DNA from: Terriglobia bacterium
Lineage (GTDB): Bacteria > Acidobacteriota > Polarisedimenticolia > Polarisedimenticolales > JAIQFR01
Reading direction: 5' to 3'
Assembly: GCA_963748015.1 (NCBI GenBank)
Contig: CAVVHE010000004.1
Location: 463,427-527,426, forward strand
Length of the DNA stretch: 64,000 nt
Every line of letters starts with the position of its first letter. The first letter of the stretch is position 1. A program made the translations under genes and the position numbers. The notes below the pieces were generated by a model. That model had not been told where the DNA came from. It ran no database searches and saw only the letters and a list, made by a program, of their open reading frames with translations. Shown piece by piece: positions 1 through 10,287 of this stretch.

Positions 1-1
1 G

Positions 2-304
2 GTCTCGAGGCCGGGAGCGCGAAGCCTCATCACCTGGTTCCTGCTCGACGGCGAGGCCGAGCGGAGGATCCGGGAGGGGACGAGCCCGACGCGATTCGAG
101 CACGACGCCGGCGGTTGCCGGGTCGTCGACGCCGGCGTCCCCGAGTCCGCCGTGGCGTATCGCGAGGAGGACGTGAGGGCGATGTACCTGCGCCACGGCC
201 TCGAGATCGCGGAGCCGATCCGGTGGGGCGGGTGGTCGGGCAGGGAGCCGCACCTCTCGTCCCAGGACATCGTCGTCGCCGTGAGGCGGCAGGCGGCGCC
301 ATGA
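2..304 (+). CDS. C-terminal fragment of a probable class I SAM-dependent methyltransferase (5-prime end lies outside the window)
   Basis: The frame is open from the window edge to TGA 302-304. The tail ...RFEHDAGGCRVVDAGVPESAVAYREEDVRAMYLRHGLEI..WGGWSGRE..SQDIVVAV resembles methyltransferase C-termini. The stop overlaps the next ATG (ATGA 301-304). Confidence 0.45.
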   Translation, partial: VSRPGARSLITWFLLDGEAERRIREGTSPTRFEHDAGGCRVVDAGVPESAVAYREEDVRAMYLRHGLEIAEPIRWGGWSGREPHLSSQDIVVAVRRQAAP

Positions 305-1317
305 CCGACACCCCTCGGCGCACGACGGCGGAGGCGGTCCCGGAGCCGGCCCCCGTCGCGGCGGTGATCGTGACGTGGAACGCGGCGGCCTGGGTGGGCG
401 ACTGCCTTCGCAGCCTGCGCGCTCTCGTCCGGCCGCCCGCCGAGGTCGTGGTGGTGGACAACGGCTCGGCGGACGGAACGCCGGAGATCGTGCGTGACGA
501 ATTTCCCGAGGCGGTCCTCGTCGAGTGCGGCGCGAACCTGGGCTTCTGCCGCGCGAACAACCTGGGGATCGCCCGGACCCGGAGCCCGTTCGTCCTCGCG
601 CTCAATCCCGACGCCCGCCTCAACCCGCGCTTCCTCGAGGAGCTGCTTCCGGCCTTCGACGACCCCGCCGTGGGCATCGGGGCCGGGAAGCTGCTGCGCC
701 CCGACGGGACGACGATCGACAGCGCCGGGCAACTGCTCGGGCGCTCCCGGCAGCCGGTGGACCGGGGTTACGGCACCCGGGACGACGGCCGTTTCGACAC
801 GGACGAGGAGGTGTTCGGCGCCTGCGGCGCGGCGGCCCTCTACCGGCGCGCGATGCTCGACAGCGTCGCCGACCCCGGCGGCGAAGTCTTCGACGAGAGG
901 TTCTTCGCGTTCTACGAGGACCTCGACCTCGCCTGGCGGGCCCGCCGCCTCGGCTGGCGGGCCGCCTACCGCCACCGGGCGGTCGGCTGGCACGCGCGCG
1001 GCGCGACGGCCCCCGGCGGGTCCGTCCGGCGGCGGGGGAGAGCGGTCCTCGCGCGAACCCCGTCGGTGAGGTTTCACGTCGCCAAGAACCGCTACCTCAC
1101 GATCCTCCGTAACGACGCCTGGCGAGCGTACCTGCGCGATCTTCCGTTCGTCCTCGGGAGGGACGCGGCACTCGCCGGCCTGCTCCTGCTGACCTCCCCG
1201 GGGGTGATCGCGAGGCTCTGGCGCGAGCGGAGCCTCTTCCGCGGCGCCCTCGAGAGGCGCCGGCTGGACTCGGCCCGGCCGAGGCACCAAACTCTCCATG
1301 GAGGGAGAACCGATTGA
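301..1317 (+). CDS. Family 2 glycosyltransferase (GT-A, rhamnosyltransferase-like)
   Basis: Internal ATG 301 of ORF 115-1317. Motifs: AAVIVTWN, VVVDNGSADGT, NLGFCRANN, LALNPDA, FYEDLDLAWR. Confidence 0.85.
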   Translation: MTDTPRRTTAEAVPEPAPVAAVIVTWNAAAWVGDCLRSLRALVRPPAEVVVVDNGSADGTPEIVRDEFPEAVLVECGANLGFCRANNLGIARTRSPFVLALNPDARLNPRFLEELLPAFDDPAVGIGAGKLLRPDGTTIDSAGQLLGRSRQPVDRGYGTRDDGRFDTDEEVFGACGAAALYRRAMLDSVADPGGEVFDERFFAFYEDLDLAWRARRLGWRAAYRHRAVGWHARGATAPGGSVRRRGRAVLARTPSVRFHVAKNRYLTILRNDAWRAYLRDLPFVLGRDAALAGLLLLTSPGVIARLWRERSLFRGALERRRLDSARPRHQTLHGGRTD

Positions 1318-2318
1318 TCCGCGCGGTCGTCTACGCGTCCACGTTCCTGCTCGCGCTGGCTCTCGCGGCCTGGCTCACGCCGGTGCTGCGCGAGGCGGCG
1401 CTGCGGTTCGGGATCGTGGACCGTCCGGACGGACGGCTCAAGAGCCAGCGCGAGCCCGTCCCTTACTTGGGAGGGCTCGCGATCTACCTCGCGTTCCTCC
1501 TGTCGATCGCGTTCACGCTGCGCTTCCGCGACGAGGTCCTGGCGATGCTCCTCGCGGGCTCGATCGTCGTGATCCTCGGACTCGTGGACGACCTCGGGCA
1601 GCTCGGACCATGGACGAAGCTCCTCGGCCAGGCGGTCGCGGTGCTCGTGCTCGTGAAGTCCGGGATCTACATCAAGCTCACCTTCCTTCCGCTCCAGGTC
1701 GCGCTGCCGCTGTCCGTCGTCTGGCTCCTCGCCACGACCAACGCGTTCAACCTGATCGACATCATGGACGGACTGTCCGCGGGGACCGCGGCGGTCGCCG
1801 CGGCGGCGCTGTTCGCGGTCGCGGTCTTGAACGGGCGCCACGAGTCGGCGACCCTCCTCGCGGGGATCTGCGGGGCGAGCCTGGGGTTCTTGCGCCTGAA
1901 TTTCGAGCCGGCGAGGATCTACATGGGGGACACGGGAAGCCTCCTGCTCGGCCTGCTCCTCGGCGCGCTCGCGATGAACAACGGCTACACCGCGAACAAC
2001 CGGCTCGCCGCGGTGGCCCCGGGGCTGATCCTGGGCGTGCCGCTCTTCGACATGCTGTTCGTCATGTACGTGAGATGGCGGCGCGGCCTGCCGGTCATGC
2101 TCGGGAGCCCCGATCACGTCGCGCTCCGGCTCCGGAAGTGGCGGTGGACGACCCGCCAGACCGTGCTGGCTTCCTACGCCGCGACGGCGCTGCTCGGGGC
2201 CGCGGCGATCGCGATGAGCCTCGTCGGGACCGCCGGCGCCGCGGCGATCCTGGCCGCGATCGTCCTGGCCGGACTCGCCGTCGGCGCGCTGCTCCGGCGC
2301 GTGGACATGAGCCTTTGA
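1314..2318 (+). CDS. Polyprenyl-phosphate N-acetylhexosamine-1-phosphate transferase (MraY/WecA family)
   Basis: TTG 1314 overlaps the upstream TGA. Polytopic membrane protein. Motifs NAFNLIDIMDGL and YMGDTGS are typical of the family. Confidence 0.85.
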   Translation: MIRAVVYASTFLLALALAAWLTPVLREAALRFGIVDRPDGRLKSQREPVPYLGGLAIYLAFLLSIAFTLRFRDEVLAMLLAGSIVVILGLVDDLGQLGPWTKLLGQAVAVLVLVKSGIYIKLTFLPLQVALPLSVVWLLATTNAFNLIDIMDGLSAGTAAVAAAALFAVAVLNGRHESATLLAGICGASLGFLRLNFEPARIYMGDTGSLLLGLLLGALAMNNGYTANNRLAAVAPGLILGVPLFDMLFVMYVRWRRGLPVMLGSPDHVALRLRKWRWTTRQTVLASYAATALLGAAAIAMSLVGTAGAAAILAAIVLAGLAVGALLRRVDMSL

Positions 2319-2325
2319 GGCGCCC

Positions 2326-3606
2326 GTGATCCTGATCCTCGGCGGGGGACTCGCGGGGCTGAGCGCCGCCTACCACCTGGGCGACGCTCCACACCTCGTG
2401 CTCGAAGCGGAGAGCGCGCCGGGGGGGCTCTGCCGTACCCGCGAGGCGGAAGGGTTCCTCTTCGACTACACCGGGCACCTCCTGCACCTGCGCGATCCGC
2501 GAGCGATCGCCCTGGTGGACCGCCTCCTTCCCGGCGCGTTCGAGACCGTCTCCCGGAAGGCGTGCATCAGGACGCGCGGCGCGACCCTTCCGTTCCCGTT
2601 CCAGGCGAACCTGCACGGCCTTCCGCCGCGGACCGTTCACGAGTGCGTCGCCGGCTTCGTGGAGTGCCTGGGATCGAAGGTGCCCCTAGCCGCCGACGCG
2701 TCGTTCCGCGACTGGTCCCTCTCGGTCCTCGGGCGCGGGATCAGCGACGCGTTCATGTTCCCGTACAACGCCAAGGTGTTCCGCCGCGAGGCGGACGCCA
2801 TGACCGCGGACTGGGTCTCCTGGGCGGTCCCGCGGCCGTCGCTGCGCGAGGTCGTCCGCGGCGCTCTCGGCTTCTCGAACGAGGGGATGGGGTACAACCC
2901 GACCTTCCGCTACCCGAAAGAAGGGGGGATCGGGATCCTGCCGGACGCGTTCGCGCGCAGGCTCTCGACGCTGAGGTGCGGCGCGCGTGTCCTCGCGGTG
3001 GATCTCGAACGGCGGACCGTCACGGTGGAGGGGGGCGAGCGCGTCTCCTGGGACCGGCTCGTGGTCACGACGCCGCTCCCCGGCTTCCTGCGGATGACGG
3101 GAGAGCGGGCGCTCGCGGACGCCGCGGGCGAGCTCGACTGGTCGGTGGTGGCCTGCCTCAACCTCGGGGTGGACCGGGAAGGGATCGGCGGGGGCGCGCA
3201 CTGGGCCTACTTCCCGGATCCCGACGTTCCCTTCTACCGGGTCGGCTTCCCGGCGTCGTTCTCCCGAAGCGCGGCACCCCTCGGCACCTCGTCGCTCTAC
3301 GTCGAGCTGGCTCTCGGGAAGAGCGAGACGCCCGACCTCCCGACCCTCGAGGCGGCCGTGCTCGAGGCGCTCCACGCCGAGGGGGTGCTCCGGCCTTCCG
3401 ACCGGATCCTCGCGCGCGACTGGGTTCTCATCGACCCCGGGTACGTGATCTTCGACCGGAGGCGCCTCGCGGCGATGGCGAGCCTCGTTCCCGCTCTCGA
3501 GGAGAGGGGAGTGCATCTCGCCGGCCGCTACGGGGCCTGGACCTACTCCTACATGGAGCGCGCGATGCTCGACGGGCTCGAGATCGCGCGCAAGCTCGCG
3601 GGTTAG
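2326..3606 (+). CDS. FAD/NAD(P)-binding oxidoreductase (amine-oxidase/HemY-like fold)
   Basis: GTG 2326 lies 7 nt after the previous stop. N-terminal Rossmann motif ILILGGGLAGLSAAYHL. 426 aa. No specific function can be assigned. Confidence 0.7.
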   Translation: MILILGGGLAGLSAAYHLGDAPHLVLEAESAPGGLCRTREAEGFLFDYTGHLLHLRDPRAIALVDRLLPGAFETVSRKACIRTRGATLPFPFQANLHGLPPRTVHECVAGFVECLGSKVPLAADASFRDWSLSVLGRGISDAFMFPYNAKVFRREADAMTADWVSWAVPRPSLREVVRGALGFSNEGMGYNPTFRYPKEGGIGILPDAFARRLSTLRCGARVLAVDLERRTVTVEGGERVSWDRLVVTTPLPGFLRMTGERALADAAGELDWSVVACLNLGVDREGIGGGAHWAYFPDPDVPFYRVGFPASFSRSAAPLGTSSLYVELALGKSETPDLPTLEAAVLEALHAEGVLRPSDRILARDWVLIDPGYVIFDRRRLAAMASLVPALEERGVHLAGRYGAWTYSYMERAMLDGLEIARKLAG

Positions 3607-3614
3607 CCGCCGCC

Positions 3615-5471
3615 ATGTGCGGGATCTGCGGCAGCGTGGCGCTCGACGCCGGACCGCCCGGCGCGGAAGGCGTGCGCGCGATGCTGGCCGCGCTCGCGCA
3701 CCGCGGCCCCGACTCCGAGGGTCTGTTCGAGACCCCGCGGGTCGTGGCCGGCATAAGGCGGCTCCGCGTGATCGATCTCGAGACGGGCGACCAGCCGATC
3801 GCGAGCGAGGACGGGTCGGTGGAGGTCGTGTTCAACGGCGAGATCTACAACTTCCGCGAGCTGCGTCGCGAGCTCGAGGGGGCCGGGCATCGCTTCCGGA
3901 CGAGATCGGACACGGAGGTCCTGGTCCACCTCTGGGAGGATGCGGGACCGGCGATGCTCCCGAGGCTCGACGGGATGTTCGCGTTCTGCCTCCACGACCG
4001 GAAGACGGACGAGGTCCTCATCGCGCGGGACCGTCTCGGGGTGAAGCCGCTCTACTACCGCGAGAGCGGCGGCCGGCTGGACTTCGCCTCGGAGATCTCG
4101 GCGCTGCTCCGGGCGCCGGGCCCGGGCGCGGAGCTCGACGAGCAGGCCCTCGTGGAGCTCTTCTGCCTGCAGTACCTCACCGGCGACCGGACGCCGTACC
4201 GCGGGGTGCGGAAGCTGCTCCCGGGCCGGCTCCTCCACGTGCGCGGGGGGCGGGTCGACGGAGCGACCTGGTGGGACGTCCCGCGCGCGGAAGAGGATCC
4301 GCTCCTCGACCGGCGCCGCGTCCGGGAGGAGCTCCCGGCCCTCCTCGGCGAGGCGGTGCGGAGACAGACGGTGTCGGACGTCCCGCTCGGCATGTTCCTG
4401 TCGGGGGGGATCGACTCGACGGTCTTGCTGCACCTGCTCTCCGAGGGGGCGGCGCAGCCGGTCTCCACGTTCTCCGTCGGGTTCGAGGGGGAGAGCGGCG
4501 ACGCCGATCTCGCCTGGGCGCGTCTCGTGGCCGCGCGCTACGGAACGCGCCACCACGAGATGCTCCTCCGCGCTTCCGACGTGGCGGCGGCGCTCCCGCG
4601 CCTCGTGGACCACGCGTCCCTGCCGGTGACCGACCCGGCCCTGATCCCCACGCTCATGCTCTCGGAGCTCGCGCGCCGGGACGTCACCGTCGTGCTCACC
4701 GGGGAGGGCGCGGACGAGATCTTCGGCGGATATCGCCGCTACGTGCACCAATCCCGGCTCGGGTGGCTCGCGCGGCTTCCGGGCCTGCGCGTTGCGTCGC
4801 GCCTGCCCCTGGTGTCGGCGTTCCTCCCGTCGAGAGGGGCGCAGGCGCTCGACGCACTGGGAGAGCGGGACGCGGCCCGCAACCACTTCCTGTGGTTGGC
4901 GACCGTGGACCTTCGGACGGCCCGCGAGCTGTTCGATCCCGAGGCGGTGGCTACCGTCGAGCGCACGGCGGTCGCCGCGTTTCGCGGGCACTTCGACGGG
5001 CGGGACGGGACCGCGGCACGCCTCTCCGCCGACTTGACCGAGTGGCTGCCCCACGATCTCCTCGCGAAGGTCGATCTCGCCTCGATGGCGCATTCGCTCG
5101 AGGCCCGCGTGCCCTACCTCGATCCCGGCGTGGTCGCGTGGGCGGCGAAGCTGCCCGGGCACCTCCGCATCGCCGGCGGCGTCACCAAGGTCGCGTTGCG
5201 CGAGGCGTTCGACGGGGCAATCCCCTCCGAGATCCTGCGGCGCCCCAAGCGCGGGTTCGACCTGCCGCTCGGCGCGTGGATCCGCGGCCCGCTGCGCTCC
5301 ATGGCGGAGGATCTCCTCGCGGGGGGGAGGGCCCCCGCGCTGGCCCCGCTGAGGCGGGGGCAGGCTGCCGCGATGCTCGATCTCCACCTCCGCGGAAAGC
5401 GGGATCTCGGCCTACCGCTGTTCCTTCTCATGTCGATCCTCCTCTTCCTCGAGCGGCGGAGGGGGCGGTGA
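3615..5471 (+). CDS. asnB: Asparagine synthase (glutamine-hydrolysing)-type amidotransferase
   Basis: Internal ATG 3615 of ORF 2562-5471. The MCGI N-terminus carries the Cys2 nucleophile. PP-loop LSGGIDST. 618 aa. Confidence 0.88.
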   Translation: MCGICGSVALDAGPPGAEGVRAMLAALAHRGPDSEGLFETPRVVAGIRRLRVIDLETGDQPIASEDGSVEVVFNGEIYNFRELRRELEGAGHRFRTRSDTEVLVHLWEDAGPAMLPRLDGMFAFCLHDRKTDEVLIARDRLGVKPLYYRESGGRLDFASEISALLRAPGPGAELDEQALVELFCLQYLTGDRTPYRGVRKLLPGRLLHVRGGRVDGATWWDVPRAEEDPLLDRRRVREELPALLGEAVRRQTVSDVPLGMFLSGGIDSTVLLHLLSEGAAQPVSTFSVGFEGESGDADLAWARLVAARYGTRHHEMLLRASDVAAALPRLVDHASLPVTDPALIPTLMLSELARRDVTVVLTGEGADEIFGGYRRYVHQSRLGWLARLPGLRVASRLPLVSAFLPSRGAQALDALGERDAARNHFLWLATVDLRTARELFDPEAVATVERTAVAAFRGHFDGRDGTAARLSADLTEWLPHDLLAKVDLASMAHSLEARVPYLDPGVVAWAAKLPGHLRIAGGVTKVALREAFDGAIPSEILRRPKRGFDLPLGAWIRGPLRSMAEDLLAGGRAPALAPLRRGQAAAMLDLHLRGKRDLGLPLFLLMSILLFLERRRGR

Positions 5472-6649
5472 AGGCGCGCATCGTCCACGCGATCACCCGC
5501 CTCGACCTGGGCGGAGCTCAGCAGAACACGCTGTTCTGCGTCTCCCGCCACGACCGCGCGCGGTTCGAGGTGGGGCTGGTGGCGGGACGCGGCGGCCTCC
5601 TCGACGAGGAGGCGCTGGGGATCCGGGACGCGGACATCCGTATCGTTCCGTGGCTGCGCCATCCGATCTCCCCCTTCAGGGACGTCCTGGCCGTCGCGCG
5701 CCTTGCCGCTCATTTCCGCCGGGAGCGGGTCCACCTAGTCCACACGCACTCCTCGAAGGCGGGGATCGTCGGCCGCCTCGCGGCGCGCGTGGCGGGCGTG
5801 CCCGCGGTGGTGCATACCGTGCACGGCTGGAGCTTCAACGATACGCAGCGCCCCGCGGTCAGGAAGCTCTACGCGGCGTTCGAGCGCGCGGTGGGATCGT
5901 TCACGGACAGGATCGTGGTCGTTTCGGAGTCCGACCGAAACAGGGGACTTGCCGCGGGGATCGGGTGCCTCGAGCGCTACCGGCTGCTGCGGAGCGGGAT
6001 CGATCCTTCGATTTACCGGCGGCCGGCGACGCCGCGCGAGGAAACCCGGGCGGCGCTCGGTTTCTTCCCCGGGCAGACGGTCGTCGGGACGCTCGCCTGC
6101 CTCAAGGCGCAGAAGGCGCCCCTCGATTTCGTGGAGGCCGCCGCCGTGGCGCACGCCCGCGATCCGGAGATGCGCTTCTTCCTCGCCGGTGACGGAGAGC
6201 TCCGGCCGGCGGTCGAGGAGAGGATCCGCGAGCGGGGGCTCGACGGGGTGGTCCGGCTCCTCGGGTGGCGCCGGGACGTTCCCGACCTCCTCCACGCGAT
6301 GGACCTTTTCCTCCTCACGTCGAGGTTCGAGGGACTGCCCCGGGCGGTGCTCCAGGCGATGGCCGCCGGCGTGCCCGTCGTCGCGACCGACGTGGACGGC
6401 ACGCCCGAGGTGGTTCGCGACGGCGTGACCGGCGACCTCGTCCCCCCCGCCGATCCCGTCGCGGCGGCCGACAGGCTGGTGGCGCTGGCCGGGGACCCCG
6501 GGCGGCGCGCCCGCTACGCGGAGCGCGCCCGCGAGGTCCTGAAGGAGTCGTTCGACGTCAACCGGATGGTGACGGAGCTCGACGAGCTGTACGTCGGGGT
6601 GCTTGCCGGGAAGCCGACCTGGGCTAAATTGGGTTCCGATGAAAACTGA
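5468..6649 (+). CDS. Family 4 (GT-B) glycosyltransferase
   Basis: GTG 5468 overlaps the asnB stop (GTGA). The C-terminal EGLPRAVLQAMAAGVPVVATDVDGTPEVV region is typical of GT4. Confidence 0.85.
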   Translation: MKARIVHAITRLDLGGAQQNTLFCVSRHDRARFEVGLVAGRGGLLDEEALGIRDADIRIVPWLRHPISPFRDVLAVARLAAHFRRERVHLVHTHSSKAGIVGRLAARVAGVPAVVHTVHGWSFNDTQRPAVRKLYAAFERAVGSFTDRIVVVSESDRNRGLAAGIGCLERYRLLRSGIDPSIYRRPATPREETRAALGFFPGQTVVGTLACLKAQKAPLDFVEAAAVAHARDPEMRFFLAGDGELRPAVEERIRERGLDGVVRLLGWRRDVPDLLHAMDLFLLTSRFEGLPRAVLQAMAAGVPVVATDVDGTPEVVRDGVTGDLVPPADPVAAADRLVALAGDPGRRARYAERAREVLKESFDVNRMVTELDELYVGVLAGKPTWAKLGSDEN

Positions 6650-7592
6650 CGCCGGGCAGACCGGCTCCGCGATCCGGCTGACGGGACTCGCGAAGTCCTT
6701 CCACGGCCATCTCGGTATCGGCCGGACCGTGGCGGTGGAGCAGCTCGACCTCGATGTCGCGCCGGGACAGATCTTCGGGCTCCTCGGTCCGAACGGGGCG
6801 GGGAAGACGACCACGCTCAAGATGATCCTGAGCTTGATCCGGCCCGACCGCGGATCGGTGCGCCTGTTCGGCCTGCCGCCTTCCGATCCCGGCGCCAGGG
6901 CGAGGGTCGGGTTCCTTCCGGAGAATCCCTACTTCTACGACTACCTCACCGCGGAGGAGTTCCTCGACTTCTACGGTCGCCTCCACGGCATGCCCTCGGG
7001 AGAGCGGCGGGCGCGCGTCGGCGCGCTCCTGTCGAGGGTCGGTCTCGGGGGACGAGAGCGGACGCCGCTGCGGAAGTTCTCGAAGGGGATGATCCAGCGG
7101 ATCGGGCTCGCCCAGGCGATCCTCGCCGATCCGGACCTCCTCATCCTCGACGAGCCGATGTCGGGACTCGACCCGGTGGGACGGCGAGAGGTCCGGGACC
7201 TGATCCTGGCCCAGCGCGCCGCGGGAGGGACGGTCTTCTTCTCGAGCCACATCCTCCAGGACGCCGAGATGATCTGCGACCGGGTGGCGATCCTGGTCCG
7301 GGGAAGAGTGCGGTTCGAGGGGGCCCTCGAGGACCTCGTTTCCCGCAAGGTGCTCTGGTACGAGGTCGCCGTCCGGGGGGTTCCGCCGGGCGGCCTGCCG
7401 GCCGAGCTGCTGTCGTCGGCCGGCGCCGAGTCCCTTCTGAAGGTGCGCGACGTCGAGGGGCTCGCGCGCGTGCTTGCGTCGGTCCAGTCCCTGGGAGGAC
7501 AGGTGACCTCCGTGTGGCCGAGGCGGGAGACGCTCGAGGACCTGTTCATGCGCGAGGTCGCGACGGGCGGCTCGAGGGAGGCCGGGGCATGA
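6639..7592 (+). CDS. ABC transporter ATP-binding protein
   Basis: ATG 6639 overlaps the GT4 gene by 11 nt. Walker [11 protein letters not shown], signature-like FSKGMIQR, Walker B LLILDEP. Confidence 0.9.
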   Translation: MKTDAGQTGSAIRLTGLAKSFHGHLGIGRTVAVEQLDLDVAPGQIFGLLGPNGAGKTTTLKMILSLIRPDRGSVRLFGLPPSDPGARARVGFLPENPYFYDYLTAEEFLDFYGRLHGMPSGERRARVGALLSRVGLGGRERTPLRKFSKGMIQRIGLAQAILADPDLLILDEPMSGLDPVGRREVRDLILAQRAAGGTVFFSSHILQDAEMICDRVAILVRGRVRFEGALEDLVSRKVLWYEVAVRGVPPGGLPAELLSSAGAESLLKVRDVEGLARVLASVQSLGGQVTSVWPRRETLEDLFMREVATGGSREAGA

Positions 7593-8398
7593 CGCAGGCC
7601 ACGCCCGCACGCGAGCGGCGCCGGCCCGGCCCGGCGGGGGCGGTCGTGGCGATCGCCCTCAACACGTTCCGCGAGGGGATCCGCGACCGCATTCTCTACC
7701 TCCTGCTCGCCTTCGCGCTTCTCCTGATCGCGGCGTCGCGCTTCCTCGCGCTGCTGACCGTGGGGGACGAGAGCAAGATCATCAAGGACCTCGGGCTCTC
7801 GGCGATCTCGATCTTCGGCCTCCTCACGTCGATGTTCGTAGGGGTCTCCCTCCTGTTCAAGGAGATCGAGCGCCGGACCATCTACACGCTCCTTGCGAAG
7901 CCGGTGTCCCGCTGGCAATTCGTCGCGGGGAAGTACGCGGGGCTCATGACGATCCTCGCCGTCAACCTCGTGCTGATGGCGGCGGTGCTCGCGGCGATCC
8001 TCCTCTTCCGCGGCGAGTCGCCGGTGCCCCTTCTCCCCGCGGAGCTGCTGATTCTGGTGGAACTCGCCCTCGTGACGGCTTTCGCCGTCCTGTTCTCCAG
8101 CTTCACCAGTCCGATCCTGGCCGCGGTGGGCACGGCGGCCATCTACGTCGCGGGGCACCTGTCCTGGAGCTTCGACCTCCTCAAGAAGAGACTGCCGCCG
8201 GGCATCGGGCGGACGCTGTGCGACGTGCTCCACTCGGTGATCCCGAACCTCGACCGGCTCGACCTCAAGACCGCGGCCGTCCACGCCCTCCCGGTGCCGC
8301 CCGGCGAGGTGCTGTGGGGGGCGGTCTATGGCCTCGCCTACGCGGCGGCGGTCCTGATCCTGGCGGCCTGGCGCTTCTCTCGAAGGGACTTCTCGTGA
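7589..8398 (+). CDS. ABC-2 type transporter permease
   Basis: ATG 7589 overlaps the ATPase stop (ATGA). There are about six hydrophobic segments. Partnered with the upstream ATPase. Confidence 0.8.
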   Translation: MTQATPARERRRPGPAGAVVAIALNTFREGIRDRILYLLLAFALLLIAASRFLALLTVGDESKIIKDLGLSAISIFGLLTSMFVGVSLLFKEIERRTIYTLLAKPVSRWQFVAGKYAGLMTILAVNLVLMAAVLAAILLFRGESPVPLLPAELLILVELALVTAFAVLFSSFTSPILAAVGTAAIYVAGHLSWSFDLLKKRLPPGIGRTLCDVLHSVIPNLDRLDLKTAAVHALPVPPGEVLWGAVYGLAYAAAVLILAAWRFSRRDFS

Positions 8399-8411
8399 TC
8401 CGGGGCGCTCG

Positions 8412-9272
8412 GTGCGGGGCATGAAGCGGACTCTCGCCCTGCTGCTGCTCGTCGCCGCGGTGGCCCTCGCGGCGTTGTCCCGCGACCGTCTCGAGGCCTC
8501 GGCATCGGGGCCGGCCGGCGCGCGGAAGGAGCTTCTCTACCTCCCGAACGGGAAGCACCTCCGGGCGATGAGCCTCGGGCACGCCTCCCTCGCGGCCGAC
8601 CTCGTCTACCTCTGGGCGATCCAGTACTACTCGGACTACGAGCGGGAGGACCGCTTCCGCTTCGTCGAGCACGTCTTCGGCGGCGTGATCGCGGATCTCG
8701 ACCCGAGCTACGTCGATCCCTACTGGCTCGGCGCGATGATCCTGACCGTGGAGGCGGGAGACCTCGATGCGGGGCTGCGCATCCTCGACAAGGGGCTCGC
8801 CAACAACCCGTCGTCGTGGGTGCTTCCCTACCTGGCCGGATTCGAGTGCTACCGCGCCCGCAGACTCGATCGCGCCGCCGAGTACTTCGACAGGGCGAGC
8901 CGCGTTCCCGGGGCCCCGGCCCTAGCGCTCCGGATGAAGGCGGGGGTGCTCGCGAGGAAAGGGGACTTCCGCGAGTCCATCCGGCAGTGGGAAGACGTCC
9001 TGAACGATCCGCGCGGCGATTCGGCCTCCCGGGCGATCGCGGAGCGCCAGATCCGCGATCTGACGATGCGCGCCGACCTGGCCGATCTCTCCGAGGCGGT
9101 CGCCGCGTTCCGCGAGCGCCAGGGCCGCTTCCCTCGCTCCATCGACGAGGCGGCGCAGGCGGGCCTCGTGCGAGGAACCCCGCGGGATCCCGACGGCCGG
9201 CCGTACCTTTACGATCCGGCCACGGGGCGGGTCGCGTCCCGCGCCGGCGGCGTGCTGGGCGCTTCCCGATGA
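8412..9272 (+). CDS. Secreted TPR-like protein of unknown function
   Basis: N-terminal signal peptide [19 protein letters not shown]. The helical-repeat-like body includes [15 protein letters not shown] and an AEYFDRA...-type repeat. An alternative start is ATG 8421. Confidence 0.65.
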   Translation: MRGMKRTLALLLLVAAVALAALSRDRLEASASGPAGARKELLYLPNGKHLRAMSLGHASLAADLVYLWAIQYYSDYEREDRFRFVEHVFGGVIADLDPSYVDPYWLGAMILTVEAGDLDAGLRILDKGLANNPSSWVLPYLAGFECYRARRLDRAAEYFDRASRVPGAPALALRMKAGVLARKGDFRESIRQWEDVLNDPRGDSASRAIAERQIRDLTMRADLADLSEAVAAFRERQGRFPRSIDEAAQAGLVRGTPRDPDGRPYLYDPATGRVASRAGGVLGASR

Positions 9273-10081
9273 GCGCGGCGGTTCCGGAGCCCGTGGCCTC
9301 GATCTTCGTGACCGCGTTCGGACTCGTCATCGGGTCGTTCCTCAACGTGTGCATCTACCGCCTCCCGCGGGGCGAGAGCCTGGCGTTCCCGGGGTCGCAC
9401 TGCCCTGCCTGCGGCACGCCCATTCGTTGGTACCAAAACGTTCCGGTCCTCTCCTGGGTCGCGCTGCGCGGCCGGTGCGCCTCGTGCCGGGCCCCGATCT
9501 CCTGGCGCTACCCGCTGGTGGAGGCGCTCGGCGGAGGGCTGCTCCTCGGCCTCTGGCTCGGGCTGGGGCCGGGTGCCGGCTTCGCGGTGGCGGCTCTTCT
9601 CGGGCTCATGCTGATCGTGCTGTTCTTCACCGATTTCGATCACCAGCTGCTCCCCGACGCGGTGACGCTCCCCGGGGCGGCGCTCGGCGCCGTCCTCGCC
9701 TGGTTCAATCCGTTCATCGGCGGGGAGGGCTTCGGGAGGCTCGCCGCGTCGCTCGCGGGGGCCGCCCTGGGCTCGGGATTGCTCTGGGCGATCGGGGCGA
9801 TCTACGGCCGGCTTCGCGGGGTCGAAGCGATGGGAATGGGCGACGTGAAGATGATGGCGATGGTCGGGGCCTTCACCGGTCCCCGCGGCGTTCTGTTCAC
9901 GCTGTTCGCGGCTTCGGTGGTCGGGGCCGCGGTGGGCCTCGCGTTGATCCCGATTCGCGGCCGCTCGCTGCGGGACACGCTGCCGTTCGGCTGCTTCCTC
10001 GCTCCGGCCGCCTTCGCGGCGCTTCTCGGCGCGAGGCACGCGTTCGACGCGTACCTCCGGTTACTGAGCCTGTCGCCCTGA
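9269..10081 (+). CDS. pilD: Type IV prepilin peptidase / N-methyltransferase (peptidase A24)
   Basis: Internal ATG 9269 of ORF 8816-10081 overlaps the upstream stop (ATGA). Cysteine pairs CPACG...CASC. Aspartyl motif GMGDVKMMA. Confidence 0.9.
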   Translation: MSAAVPEPVASIFVTAFGLVIGSFLNVCIYRLPRGESLAFPGSHCPACGTPIRWYQNVPVLSWVALRGRCASCRAPISWRYPLVEALGGGLLLGLWLGLGPGAGFAVAALLGLMLIVLFFTDFDHQLLPDAVTLPGAALGAVLAWFNPFIGGEGFGRLAASLAGAALGSGLLWAIGAIYGRLRGVEAMGMGDVKMMAMVGAFTGPRGVLFTLFAASVVGAAVGLALIPIRGRSLRDTLPFGCFLAPAAFAALLGARHAFDAYLRLLSLSP

Positions 10082-10287
10082 GCCTGCCGGCCCGGGGCGC
10101 CGCGTCCCGTGCCCCGAACGGCGACGACGCGTCGCGGGGTAACCGGCCGGAAGCGCAACACGCTCGCGACAATCCGGTGTCGCGCCTCGGACCGGCTCCA
10201 GGCCGCTCATCTCCTGTCGGGCGAGCCAGCGGTTCTCGAATGAACGGGGGACGCGGAGTTCCCGCCCTGCAACACCGCGAGCGAGCG

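Noticed and set aside
2562-6649. The plus-strand ORFs of 969 aa (2562-5471) and 1010 aa (3617-6649) look like giant fusion proteins.
   Set aside because: Only the C-terminal parts are protein-like (AsnB from ATG 3615, GT4 from GTG 5468). The N-terminal stretches are out-of-frame read-through over neighbouring genes. The same applies to ORFs 8816-10081, 10352-11725, 15716-17317, 20443-21807, 23605-25329 and 55117-56091.
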